A DNA stretch of 64,000 nucleotides from Oculina patagonica (taxonomy: Eukaryota), in assembly GCF_052425735.1 (NCBI RefSeq), contig NC_135764.1:27280001-27344000 (forward strand), given 5' to 3'. The stretch's first letter is position 1. Each line of letters starts with the position of its first letter. Below, one piece after another: positions 1-12,500 of this stretch. The position numbers and the translations under genes were made by a program. Under the pieces are notes generated by a model. The model ran no database searches, had not been told where the DNA came from, and worked only from the letters and a program-made list of their open reading frames with translations.

Positions 1-1489
1 TACTTTTTTTTTGGTTTTTTTCCCCTTCCCCAGGGGAAAAATCGGGAACAGTTTCAGATTAGCAAAAAATACCTTTGTTTTTGCTTATCTAAATTACGCC
101 GTTCCTAAAAGCTTCTGATTTTTTACCCAGCATTTTTACGAACCCCTCATTTTTTCCTCGAATTAACTCTGATAATATTTTGCCAAGCAAAATCCTTCAA
201 AGACTTTGAGGTCTTTAGTTGAGTCACAATTTTTTATCCACTTTAATTGGTAAAAGTTCAATCACGTTACCGACCTCTTTTAATTTTGTACGAGGCTTCG
301 AAATAGCAATACAGTTAATTCCTCTGCGGTCCATCTTAGCGGTACGCGCATTGAAAAGTTCGGACGGCACTGAGAGAACCAATCAAAATGCTTTTCATCA
401 TCACACGAAAGATGGACTGTAATAAAAAAAAGAGGTGTAATGCGATGAAAAATGAAATTAAAAGCTGACGGTGCGAATGTAAAGCCGACAACACCCGAAA
501 AACACCCTATAGTGCGAGTGCGATCTTCTTGAAGTGCACAACAAATTGTTAAAATCTTCATTCCGTGCACAACGAAATGAAAAAAATATGACCTGATAGG
601 TAATTATTATTCTGCGGTTTGCTTCCCTGAAAAAGAAGCTTATTAAAACTTAGCCGGTAGAAATAGCGCCCACGTAAGTTGGCTACAAAACATTTGCTTG
701 CATTATTTATTGCCTGGTTTATTTTCTGTCGCGGCTATTTGGTTTTATAAAAAAGAATGTCTTCTACTCTCGCAGTGGAAATAACCTGATGAAATTAAAG
801 CTTGCAGACATAGCCGCGCGATGAATTGAAACCATTTTCATTTGCAGCGACCCTCATGCAGGTTGAAACAGCCACGAAGAATACGAATAAGGTAGGGCGT
901 TAAAAAGTTAATTATCAAGTTAGGTCTTCCGTGAGTTCAGCCTTCGTTGGTTTAGAATCGTTAAACGGGGCTTTGCCCACGGTGTAGTTTAGTAATTTTA
1001 TGAAGCGCAAAATCCTCTAAAAGTTAGCGAAATTCATCTCAAAATAATGGTACACAAAGGGAAAAAAGGAACCAAATATTCTTCGGGTCATTAAAGCGGT
1101 GTTCCAGTTAAATAGAAGTTCTAGCTTTACTTGCGCTGTATTCTTGAGAATCAGTTGGTAAAAACAGGTTGCCGTTCCTCCTCACCAGGGAGATCTAGAA
1201 TAAACGAGTATGGACACGCGAAGAGTCAGAACGGAAACTTAACAAAATGCTTGTGAATAACCTGAGATGTAAGCATGGCATTCAATGTGGAAATATAGGT
1301 CTTCATAACTCTCTTACTTTCTTAAGGTGGCCCGAGCCTATTGCTTTTTTTTTTTTATATACCGCGGGTTACAATTTTCGCTTTTTGGCAGAAAAAATCA
1401 CCGATTTCATTGATTTTTGGCATCCAAAAGAAGAATGTTCGTGTTTCAAGGAAATTGTGTGTTATTTAATAAGAATTGGTTCATGCTAA

Positions 1490-2655
1490 GCGTGCGTATA
1501 TCGAGTTATGGATGCACGCGGGAAGTTTGGAGAGCACGAAAGAAGCGTAAGAGTTGCTCATGGCGAAGCCGAGAGCAACTCTAGCTTTTTGAGCGATATC
1601 CAAACTTCCCAAAAAGCTAGGGTTGCTCTCGGCTACGCCTCGAGCAACTCTTAAGTCTGGTTCTCATATAATCGCCCCTCTCGTTTCTATGGCATCGATC
1701 GATCGATCGTTCGTAGGCAATTGAAGCGATCGGAAGCGATCGGGAGTTCTCATATGATCGTCCCGATCGCCTGGTATGAGCGAAGACCTACGAAAAACAA
1801 TCATGAGGCCCTGTTGGGGTAGGTATACATGTCTCTCGTCTCAATTTCAAAGCTTGCCATGTCGCAACTAAGAATGGTCCGCATGCCGCTGTCGTAATTT
1901 CGTCATTTTGCCTAAAGACGGACGCGAGTAACAGAGCAGAAGTTTCTCAGATATTTTAATTTTTTCAACCAATTAAAAAATGCGTGAGTAACCTAAGTAC
2001 ACAGAGCAGGAGTTTCTCTGGTATTTTTAGGGGCACCCAACGAGAAAATTTTACTATAGGTGGCGGAACATCGTTTTTACGTTATATTAGTGTCCTTTTT
2101 GTGCAATTTTTAAAAAGCCTTATTTTTAAATACTACGAAAAGTGTATCTTTTCGAATACGCTAGCTAGAACTTTCAAACTTCAGAAAATTTTAGGGACAG
2201 AAATACTATTACCCGAATTTACAACGAAACGGTCTGCTTGGTGCCCCTGTATTTTAAAAAGGCGGTTCATTTTTTTTAATATCTGGACCAATTAAAAACG
2301 AGCAGTAGTTTTCGAGCAATTAAAAAACGACGTGACTCTAAACTAAGTACACAGAGCAGAAGTTTTTTCGTGCATTTTGGAAGAGCCCTTAAAATTAATT
2401 TAATTATTTGACACATAAAAAGATCTAAATAAAAGCTAGAAGGATGGAAACGGGCGATCCAAGCGATCGTGATCGCCTCAATTGCCGAAAACGTGAGCGA
2501 TCGTCTGTGTAATGTTCTCATATAATCGCCTCGATCGCAAGAAAACTTTTGAAGTGACAGAGGCGATAGAAACGATCGGGGCGATCACAATTAAGAGAAT
2601 CACCCTTTACGCTTCTTTTGTGCTCTCCAAACTTCTCACGTGCATCCATAACTCG

Positions 2656-2692
<37 letters not shown>

Positions 2693-2701
2693 TATGCACG
2701 C
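1490..2701. mobile_element. Harbinger-like MITE (TAA TSD) with nested insertions and an (AAT)n microsatellite
   Basis: gcgtgcgtatatcgagttatggatgcacg pairs with cgtgcatccataactcgatata[(aat)n]tatgcacgc; taa on both flanks; CGATCG-rich insert at ~1652-2594. Confidence 0.7.
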
Positions 2702-3610
2702 TAAGCATGCAAATCTAATCATTAAATCTATCGTCGGGTTTCAGAATATTTTTTTTGGAAAAATGAGGTTTTTGATAATGATATCTCAAGACGTTTTACC
2801 GCGACTAAAAAATAAAATTAGAAGCATTTTCTTCAAATTTGAACAATTGCCAAAACTCGTTGAAATTTTCCCTGGCGAAAAGCCCAACTCAAAACGTAAC
2901 CCATGCGTAAATACATAGATAGACCTATATACATTTTATGAGATCAAGCTATTTGTGAAGCTTTGAGCGAGTCATCGACAGTGGCCAAGAATTTAACTTT
3001 TCTTCATTTAAACAGAAATATCGACATAAGTTATTGCCTTTTTATGGTAGCGGAATTCTCAGTACGTTCCACCGATTTTCCCAGGGATTTCATGCTACTG
3101 TAGTTGACGACATATTTTTCCATTTTTATGTTAACCTGGTTATTTTACAGACTTGTAACCCTCTAAAAGAATTGGACTCATGCATAATTCACACTTAGAA
3201 GGCTGAATATAGGACCCCTCCACACTGATCCGGGTAAAATTGAAAACGGAGAAATTTGAAAACGCCGCGTTAAATGTTTTCCGTCCAAATTAACCCGGGT
3301 AAATCTGAAAACGATACCCACTTTGGAGAGCATTTTTAGAAAAGTACCGTTTTCGGTGACCCAAAACGCCGTTTCAGTGTGGACGGTTGGCGTATCCGTG
3401 TGCAAATTTTTCAGTCAAGAGCAATAATGTATTAAAAAGGGGATTATGCATGTCGAGTGCATGACAGTTAACGAAGTCATTCATTTTTAATATTAATCGC
3501 TGCCATTTCATTTTATGATCGATTTGTTTTGGATAATGAAACAAGGAGGAAAATGAAACAAAGACCGTAGCCGAATGCGAAAGCATGATTTGGCGAAGGT
3601 TTTTAAAGCT

Positions 3611-4103
3611 TACCGTAAAGCTCCGAAAATAAGCCCTGGGCACACATTTGCTCACGGCGTCCGTTTCAGATGGACTTATCCACGGTCAGGGAAGGGCTTT
3701 ATACTGGACGTTTACACGAAATGTTAAGAAATGTTAAGAAATGTTTAGGCTGGTATTTGGATGTGAAACTGCGTCTGGAAATTTTTAGGTTTATACAAGA
3801 ATATTACGCGGCATAAAGTCTTTAAACATAATTATATCTAGATTAAAACCCAAAATAAGCCCTGCAGGCGTTAAATGAACATTACAGTCTCTGAGCAATG
3901 GTTTTTAAACTATTCTAAATATAGTTTAACCGTCGTAAGATACAAAAACAAGCTCCTACCACAGGGATATTTTCAGTCGGAAACGTCTTCTATTTCTGTG
4001 AGCGCTAATAATATTTATCAGCGAAATTTTCGCGTCTGAGATTTGAGGGACTTATTTCCCGGGGTGGGGAGACTATTGATTTTGTTTTCGGAATTTTACG
4101 GTA
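3611..4103. mobile_element. Tc1/mariner-type MITE (TACCGTA...TACGGTA)
   Basis: Termini taccgtaaagctccgaaaa and ttttcggaattttacggta. Confidence 0.65.
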
Positions 4104-4354
4104 CATTATATATCCGTAAATAATCTTATTACGCCTAGCGTAAAAAGATAGTCTAAACCGCCAGAATAGAGGATTTTGTGACACGTCCGGCTGCAGCGCA
4201 GGCTAGCCCAGCTGCGGCTTCTTATAACTACCCTATCTTCTGGTGCAGTAAGTGAGACAAGTAACTCATTATAGCATTGCTCAAAATAAAGAAAGGATCT
4301 AATGATATTCTTATCCGCTTTTCTTGAAGGTCTAATCCAAGGTTATCTGCACAA

Positions 4355-7009
4355 ATGGGCAGATATCAATTGCCCAGCATCCGGGTTTTCTTCATGATTT
4401 GTCAGCTGTTCGTCATCACCGCTAAGAATTGTGGGAGTGAATCGTCAGTTTATGGCATGATGCTTCGCGGTCACATCTTTAAAACTCTACAGACTGAAGA
4501 CTCTTTGGAGTGTGTGCAGGAGTGTAATACTGACAAGAAATGCCAAAGTATAAACTACGCCATGTTTCATGGGATTTGCGAGTTGAATGACCGCACAAAA
4601 GAGGCTAGGCCGGAGGATTTTGTCGCAGACATAGACCGTCTTTATATGAGGCGATGGGCTAAAAGAGGTAGAGGCAATTCAGTCTTATGAAACCTATGCA
4701 GCAAAACTAACGTTTGACTGAAGGCCAGTTTATACAAGCAATTTTGTATGTGACAATTTTTATGTGATTTTTTTTATTTGCTCATGCAGACGAGAACAAT
4801 TGGCCAATTTTTATGTGACAAATATATTTGCAGAGTAGCTGGCGTGGCAGCTTTTTTGTGCAAATAAAAGTTTTCACATGCGAAAATTGCTCGTGAAGAC
4901 GACTCGTTATATAAGATGTGGCAAATGGTGGTGGTCCCCAATCTCCCACTGGGAACCGTGCACCCCTTGTCTGTGCGTATCTCTGCTGTCCAAAGTCATT
5001 ACTGGCGCACTGAACTGTGAACTGCTGACAAATAATTGTTGTGACATCTACACAAACAAATATATTTGTCACATAAAAAAAAAATGCTTGGTAAACCCGG
5101 CTTAAACGCCTACGAATAGGAAGTTGTTAAATTTTTCTGTATCATTATGTCTCCCCAGTCCCCCTTGGTTCTATTCCTGAGTTGCCCGCGGTGTCCTGCG
5201 GAGAGATAAAACACAGTGAAGGAGCAGAGACTGTCAGCGGTATGTACTGGTTGTATTCTGACATTACGCCAGGAGAAGTGCGTTTGGTTCACTGTGACAT
5301 GAGCGCAGTAGATGGTAAGTGCACAAGATGGTAAACCTTTTCTTTATCTTTGACATTATTTTAAATTATTATTTAAGGGGGAACTCACTGTTGGGCGTTA
5401 TGCCATCCTGTCTTATCTTCATCGGCTTATAAATTCATAGTCCTTCGCTTATGGGACTTTGGTCGAAGAATGGTACTACATGATGTGTTATTATCTTTCA
5501 CTAAGTTACTGTCAACAGAAAAAGAACTTAAAATCTTAAAAAGAATTTAACTCTTCGTGTAACAATAGTAAAAATTCGTCGAAACAAGGAAGCATAATCC
5601 TCAGTGATAGGAAACAGACTCATTTAGGCCCATCACTTTCTATATATAATTAACATATAATTTATTTATAATTTAATTTATTCTCTACTTCTTGGCTTTG
5701 ACACCCTTTTTTGCTTTTCAGATATAGATGAGTGCCAAAGTGATCTGTTGTACGATTGCCATAGTGACGCGTTGTGCCAGAATATGGTGGGCTCATACAA
5801 ATGTGTCTGTAGGCAGGGCTTCGTTGGAGATGGAAAAACAAGCTGCATTCCAGCAGGCAAGTACTGGTGAATGCGTTAGCTTTCTGCCAGTTGGAGTTTT
5901 TGACAAGTTTGTGTTCGATTTGCAATTTCGTTTTATATGTTTACAGTGTCCACAATTAGCACAACAGTGCTAAATACATTGACACTTAAATATAGTGATT
6001 TATTTTATTGTTATTTCTATGCGCACATTAATTCCATGCCCCAGTTGATCGGTGACAGACTGTGCGGCGTCACCTCCGAAAATGTTTCAGCACCTTCCCC
6101 CCCCTTCATCCTTACCCCACCATAAAATAAAATAAATAAATTACCTTTATTTAGACACGGTGAGGATTAAAGCTATAAGCTTATGAAGCCGTGTATTCCT
6201 GATCAAATTGGAATTTGGAAGTGTTGGTTTTTGTGGAGGGAGGAAAATCGGAGAACCCAAAGAAAAACTCCTCGGAGCAAGGACGTAGAACCAACAACAA
6301 ACTCAACCCACATATGAACCGACACCCACATAAGACGCGAGCACTGTCACCACTGCGCCATTCCTGCTCCCACATCGAGGATTTCCCCTGTGTTAGACAA
6401 TAAAAGAGCTATCGTCACTTGGGTCCTGCCTGAATCCATTTGAGCACCCCTGGTTCCATTACTGTACATTCACAGCCACCCCTGAGGTGCTAATTGAAAT
6501 CATCATAAAGTTTGCAAGCATGCTAACAAACAAGGCAAAGTTCAGAGACTAACCATAAGTAATTAGTTATTCCTCGGACGTTTTTTAAAACATAACAATA
6601 GTTAAAACTATTTCCCACTCCTAATCTTGCAGATTTAGCAGAAGGCTGCACTGGGTACAAGTGGCTAACAGACGCTGACAGACATCACTCGTTTGCGGCG
6701 CCCCAAATCAAATGCGACCGTAATGATATTACCGAGAAGTCCTGGTACCGATTCGGCGGCGACTCTGGGACCCAGATGCTGACGACATGCATTCCCCCTT
6801 ATCATTGTAACACGCATGCGCCAGGCTGGTTGTTTAATGGAACGCATCCAGAAATGTATGAAGGCATCGTGCAAAGGCGAGTTTGTTTCCATTGGTCAAA
6901 TAATTGCTGTTACTTCAAAACTGACATCAACGTGAGAAATTGTGGTTCGTTTTATGCCTACGAGCTGGGCCCTCCTACCGGATGTTGGCTTCGCTACTGT
7001 GGAGAGTGA
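4355..7009 (+). CDS. Secreted PAN/apple + short fibrinogen/COLFI-N-like segment + Ca-binding EGF + D8C (uromodulin/GP2/OIT3-like) protein; exons 4355-4667, 5159-5314, 5722-5856, 6633-7009
   Basis: Signal-like N-terminus and PAN pattern (CVQEC..CQSINY..CELND). Exon 2 reads PLGSIPELPAVSCGEIK..SGMYWL..VHCDM. Exon 3 reads DIDEC..CHSDALCQNMVGSYKCVCRQGFVGDG. Exon 4 reads CD..WYRFGGDSGTQM..CNTHAPGWL..VCFHWSNNCC..VRNCGSFYAYEL..CWLRYC. All three introns are phase 1; AATAAA at ~7061. Confidence 0.88.
4722..5103. mobile_element. Harbinger-like MITE in intron 1
   Basis: aggccagtttatacaagcaatttt..tgtgac pairs with gtcaca..aaatgcttggtaaacccggctt. Confidence 0.6.
6126..6371 (-). mobile_element. tRNA-derived V-type SINE in intron 3 of the D8C gene
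   Basis: Head gggagcaggaatggcgcagtggt, V-like gggttctccgattttcctccctcc, (TTTA)n tail. Confidence 0.65.
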
Positions 7010-8240
7010 AAGTCATAAGAACTTCGAGTACCTGCGTCAACTACAGACAATTCACTTGTAAATAAACACTGTTTCATAAAGTTTTGTAATTTATCGAGCA
7101 CAGTCTTTTTGCAGGGCTGTACTTGCATTCAACAACAGAAGGTAGTCATTGCTTCTGTAATACACGTAACTAAGAGACATGCGAAAAACGATCGAAAATT
7201 AAAATGTTAGTAGTATATTATTTCCACATCCCTTTCTCATCTTTAAACTATTCTTTAAACTGAAAAAAATCTAGAAAGAGACAATATTAATGATAAGCAG
7301 ATTAATAAAACATATTTGTACTTAAAGCATAGAGCTAGCAAGGTAGAACTCAGACAAAGAAAATCCAACGAGATGCACTGCTCTGGGAATTATAGCTCCT
7401 GACAGGAGAACCTTTATAGTAGCAGAAAATTGTCGCTGTTCATGGCTTTTCATTTATGTAAACATTAGACTGTTTGATTGTTTCGTGGTCTTCTTAAAGT
7501 TTGGTTTTAAAAAATGGTGGGGATTTGCCAAAAACAACCTTTTCATTTTTGACATAAAAATCTTCATGAGTGGACATGAGAATATCATGGTTACCTTATT
7601 TCAATAATAAAATGTCGCTGACTTCGCATTCATATAAAGGCATACTGTGTTGTCAGTGTTATCTAGATCTCTCGAACCTACGATATTTCAAAACTTTCTT
7701 TCAGGTATATAAAAGGGGTACCTTTTTTCAGTAAAAGGTATACAAAAGGGGTCCAATTTCTGTCAGAATGGCATATAAAAGGGTAAGGGGTTTGAGCTCG
7801 GGGCGGAACCTCCCCTATAAAACTTTTTTGGGTACCCCCCCCCCCCCCGGAGGTGATGCTGTTTAGTGGAGAAAATGGAAGTTTTAAAAGTTGAATACAG
7901 AGAATAGGTTCCCGCCCCTAATATTTTAAACAAATTGAGTCATCAAACAGCACCACTCAGCAGTTCAGTTTCTTTTAATCACATCGTCCAGAATTGTTTA
8001 CATGCGTTTAAAACAGGTCAAATAACACCAACTTCGTCCGTTTATCTAAGCCCGATAGGCGCCAGTATTTTGGCAAAGGATATAGGTTGCCTGAGATATC
8101 ACGACAGACAGCAATTAACGCGTCAAACAGATAGTGTATTTTTTTAATTGCTTCAATTTAAAGTTAAGATTGATGTGCGACAATGTTAGATTGCTTTACG
8201 AGTGTATTCTTCTATTTGGAAGTTAATATTTTGGTTTTAA

Positions 8241-10283
8241 TTATAGAATAATACAGCGCTTCCCACCACCTGTTGAAACAAATAAAATAATATTAAACAT
8301 GTTAAAAGGGGAAAGTAATCATTTCATGTAACATTACTGTGTGGCCAACTGTTTGATCCTCTCAACCATTCGAGGTAATGCATGATGATCAACCAAGAAT
8401 TTGCAGTGATGTTGCCGTCAGGTTAAGGATAAATTAACTGGGAAAATGCAAGTCGTCACGAGCCAAGGAGCAAGTAAAATGCTTTTCTTGCTGCTACAAA
8501 ATAAGCGGATTATGCATAATTGTATTTCCCAAAATCTAACATACTACCACATAGAGCTGGTTTTCTCTTGAGTGTCAAAAGTTTAGCTTGCGTTTGCTTT
8601 GAAATTGGTTTTGTCATTACTACGCTTAGTGATTGGCTTAAAAATCTCGCGCTACTTTCTCAGCCAATCAGAAGTAAAACCAAAACCAATTGTGACAAAC
8701 AAAATCGCTCGCGCACGGTTTTTCCCGCGCTTCGTGCCACGTACATGTATTTGCTTCGAGTTTTGATTGGTTCACTGGATTGGGCCTGTGTCGTATTGTT
8801 ATTGGTGTAAAGAAAATAAATGGCTTTGGGACTTCTCTTAAATAAATTGAAAGCGGCAGAGTAATTGCTTTGGTTTTGGTTTTACAAAATAAGGCACTGG
8901 CAATTGATTTCCCAACATACTGCTCTAAGCACTACGTGTAAAAATTAATTGCTTGATTGTAAATGTGAAATGTTGTTTCAAAAGTGATCATGCACTCAGC
9001 TTCCAGATACCTAGTTTTTTGTTAGTTTCCTGGTATACCACTGAAACAAGGAAACAACCAAGATCGATCGATCGATCGATTGATGGATTGATTGATTGAT
9101 GCCAGCTAACGTTTTATTTCTCTACTCACGACATATATCTGTCGAAAAAAAAACAGCTAGTTAAAACCGGTACTCACCACTCTTTTCCCCCTTCGGGACC
9201 TTTGTACCCTTGGGGTGCACATTCTCCGGAAAATGTCCCATTACATTCCCCGCGGGGCTGTATCTGGCGACCACATATTGAGTTCCGGATCCTTCGCCGG
9301 CCTTAGCAACACCCATTTCTAGCGAACCGGCCCACACTACTTGAGTGAAATGCCCCGTGCCCCCAAAGCTCCCAGGGTTTTTGAAGTTGTAGTCTTTAAT
9401 CTCATCGTACCACATTTTCGTAGCTCCGGCCCCGGTCAATTCATAACCTAAATTTGAGAGAAAGCAAATAATTCACAGACTCTTTCTAATCTTCTTGACT
9501 CTTCTTGGAAAGGGACTGCGAGGGAAGAAGGGAGGGAGGGAAAGGGGGGAGGTAGCAACGGAGGTAAGATGGGAGGTAGGTAGGCAGATAGGTAAGGAGG
9601 GAGGGAGGGAGGAAGGGAGGAAGGGAGGGAGGGGATGATGCGTAAAACGGCTGCTAAGGAGACTAGTACAATCTGAGAATGATAAAAAAGAAAGTGTTAG
9701 AAATCATACTGCCACAATCATCATTTTATCGTCAGTTAGAGCAATAACCGAAACGCCTGTCTCCAAAAAAATAGCTCCTAAGAAAACTATTTTGCTGGCA
9801 AGTGGAGAGGGACAAGTAGAATACCTATCGAGCTGTCGCTTTAAGTTACTACCTCTTCCACAAACTTCTAATCCTCCTTTATTCTTGCACGTTTGTTATA
9901 GAGCTCTTACAGTCCCCTGTCCTTGTACCTCTATTTTATTTACCCCCTTAATCGTGTACCTCTAATGCTCGTTAGGACCAAGCGAACAATCATGACCTTT
10001 TTGCTGTTGTTTTGTGAACCAACGATGAGGCCCGTACAAAGAGGCAGAACCCGACCCAATTACCCTGCTCCCTAACATGTACGGATATCTTACCAGAGGC
10101 GAAAGCTAGATTCTCTCCGTAGTCACCAGAGCTGTGTTCCAACTTGTTATTGCGTAGCAACTCCTTTGCCCACTTCTCGCAATCTGAGGCAAGTTTTGCA
10201 GACCACTTTAACGCCGGGGCGCCGTGTTGAGCACGGAGCTCGTTGTGGTTGTCAAGGCACTCTTTCTGGAACTGGTTTGGCAT
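8241..10283 (-). CDS. CAP/SCP superfamily protein, GAPR-1/GLIPR2-like; exons 10283-10094, 9447-9178, 8269-8241; C-terminus ...[13 protein letters not shown]
   Basis: Motifs [26 protein letters not shown] and ARYSPAGN. Phase-1 GT-AG junctions join in frame. There is no signal peptide. An acceptor lies just upstream of the ATG (10299), and a possible 5'UTR donor is at ~13627. Confidence 0.9.
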
Positions 10284-12205
10284 GATTGCTTATAAGAACT
10301 AAAAGATAGGAATACGCGTTATCAAAGGATCTAGTCTGAAACGTCAGTCTTCCGCCCTTTAATAGCGCTTATAGCCTTATTCCTGGGCTGAGGACGGGTG
10401 ATGACTATCGCGGTTTCAGGCTATGACGAGGGACCTGAAAGGAGGGGGAGGGGGGAGGGTATAAAATCCCATTTCCCGGCCTATTGTTTTCCCAATTTTC
10501 CAAATCCTACTGTTTTCTGCTTGTGATTACCAGTCCCAGTTACCCAAATCTTATTTACCCAACGAAGATTTGCCCAAATTTCAGTTCCGATTTTACCCTT
10601 TCAGGTCCCTCTATGAAGGGTCAAGAAGACGTCAGGAATTTAAAATCGATGACGTATTTCTATCGCGATTTTAACTTGGTGTCTCTAAAATGTTGTCACG
10701 CGCGCGTGAAAATTCAAAGGCGAGCAACAACTAATCAGACACAAGATACAGATCTCTACATAGCTGCACCATGGGAATTGATTTTTTTGGGGGGAGGAGG
10801 AGCGTATTTCAGATTTCTCTAAGACAGAGAGGGAATAGAGCGAGTGACGAGAAGCGTCGCAGTATAACCCTTAATACGCTAAGTCCGGATTATTCAGTGA
10901 TTTTGAGGAATGGCCATTCAACCACTTATGACGTCACCAATTTACACGTCAGCAGATGTTTGTGACGTGCAACTTATAGAGTTTGGATAGATCTTTCCAC
11001 AGGACTGTCTATCTTGAACATTGACTGCATTCCGACAGAGCTAATCGAAAAAAACGTGATCAGTTTTTAGTGTAAAATTGGTGCTAAAACAGGCCAATAT
11101 ACCCGTATTTGATCATGGTCTCCTTTCCAGGTTTTTCTATTGATTAAAATCAAAACTTTTCCGGCCAGTAGAAGGCGTGCACAGAGTAAAAGATAGAGAG
11201 AATAAGAAAGCAGAGAAAAACGAAAAGGAAAGGAGCAAGGAAAAAAAATCGGAACGGTTCATGTTTATGCGCATGCGCCAAAGTAAAAAGATGTACATTT
11301 TTACATGGAAATGTCATCATAAACTTAATGCAGTGTCAAAATGTGCATTCTAGCAAAGTTAGAGAAATTTAGGACCGTAGAGCCAAGAAAATCGATTAAC
11401 GGTTAAAAATAACGCGTTTTTTGGAATAATTTCAGCATATTAAGGGATGAGATGCTGAAGGAGACTTGATCTCGTCCGATGGTATTTCAACTTGCGAGAT
11501 ACAAGTCCACCTTTTGAGAACTGAAATTGGATAATTCATTTGCAGCAAGCCTGTAATCGAAAACTTGTTGCCTTTTGAGATTGCACTAAAGTAAACTTCT
11601 TATCGGTCAAAAAAAAATATTGTTCGAGAATTTTTTATCAGTTGAGATTTTTTCATAAGCGGATAAATTTTCATCGGTCGAGAATTGACTTTAAAATTTT
11701 GACTGCTTTATAAAAAGACCTGAGAAACTCCTGCTCTAGTCCCGTCATTTTTAACCTTACCGGTAGGGAAATTAAAACCGTGTTATTTACTTTTATAAGA
11801 TACCTGCATGAAACTCCTGCTCTGTGTACTTATGTAAGTACTCACGTCGTTTTTAAATCGGTCGAGAATTCTGACTAGCTAAATGAGGTGCTCAATTCCA
11901 GTTACTCCCGTCTGTTTTAGTTTGTAGAAGGAATAAAACAGTTTTAATTGCTTAATCGAAATGTCTGAGAAACTCCTGCTCTGTGCTCTTGCGCATGCGA
12001 TGCTCACGGTCGGACGAAATATTCTAACAGCGACATATACGTACCTTTGATCACCTTTTGGAATTGTGGCATCGCAAGATTTAAAATTTAGACGGGAGAC
12101 ACGCTTATCCCCAATCCCCTCCGCAAAAGAGCCTCTTGCATGCAAGAGTCACGTCTGCCTTCTCCTATTTGGGCTTGGGTTGCTTGTTGCTTGTGCGTGT
12201 AATGG

Positions 12206-12500
12206 TAAAAAGTCTGTCTCCGAGCCATGAGGCCCATACAGCCGGAGCTTATCCCGGTTTCCGTAGTATTAAGCGACTAGGAGTATTGCTACTCCCCCCT
12301 GGATGGGATGCTAGTCCATCGCAGGGTTACCCCCTAGCAGTAAATTCGCCGGTACCCATTTATAGACCTGGGTGGAGAGAGGCACTGTGAGAGTAAAGTG
12401 TCTTGCCCAAGAACACAACGCAGCGCCCCGGCCAGGCCTCGAACGCGGGCCGTTCGACTCGCAGTCGAGCGCGCTAACTATTAGGCCACCGCGCCTCCCA
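12206..12500 (-). mobile_element. tRNA-derived CORE-type SINE, full length
   Basis: A/B boxes (ggtggcctaatagtt / gttcgaggcc) and CORE-like tcttgggcaagacacttt; 13-bp TSD gtgcgtgtaatgg. Confidence 0.85.

Noticed and set aside
219-3655. Numerous short ORFs
   Set aside because: They lie in MITE or AT-rich noncoding DNA, many use non-ATG starts, and none has a recognisable motif.
7322-7398. Alternative last exon for the CAP gene
   Set aside because: Possible, but the nearer acceptor at 8270 has a better pyrimidine tract and yields a meaningful CaaX end.
12430-12500. tRNA gene
   Set aside because: It is the tRNA-derived head of a SINE bounded by a TSD.
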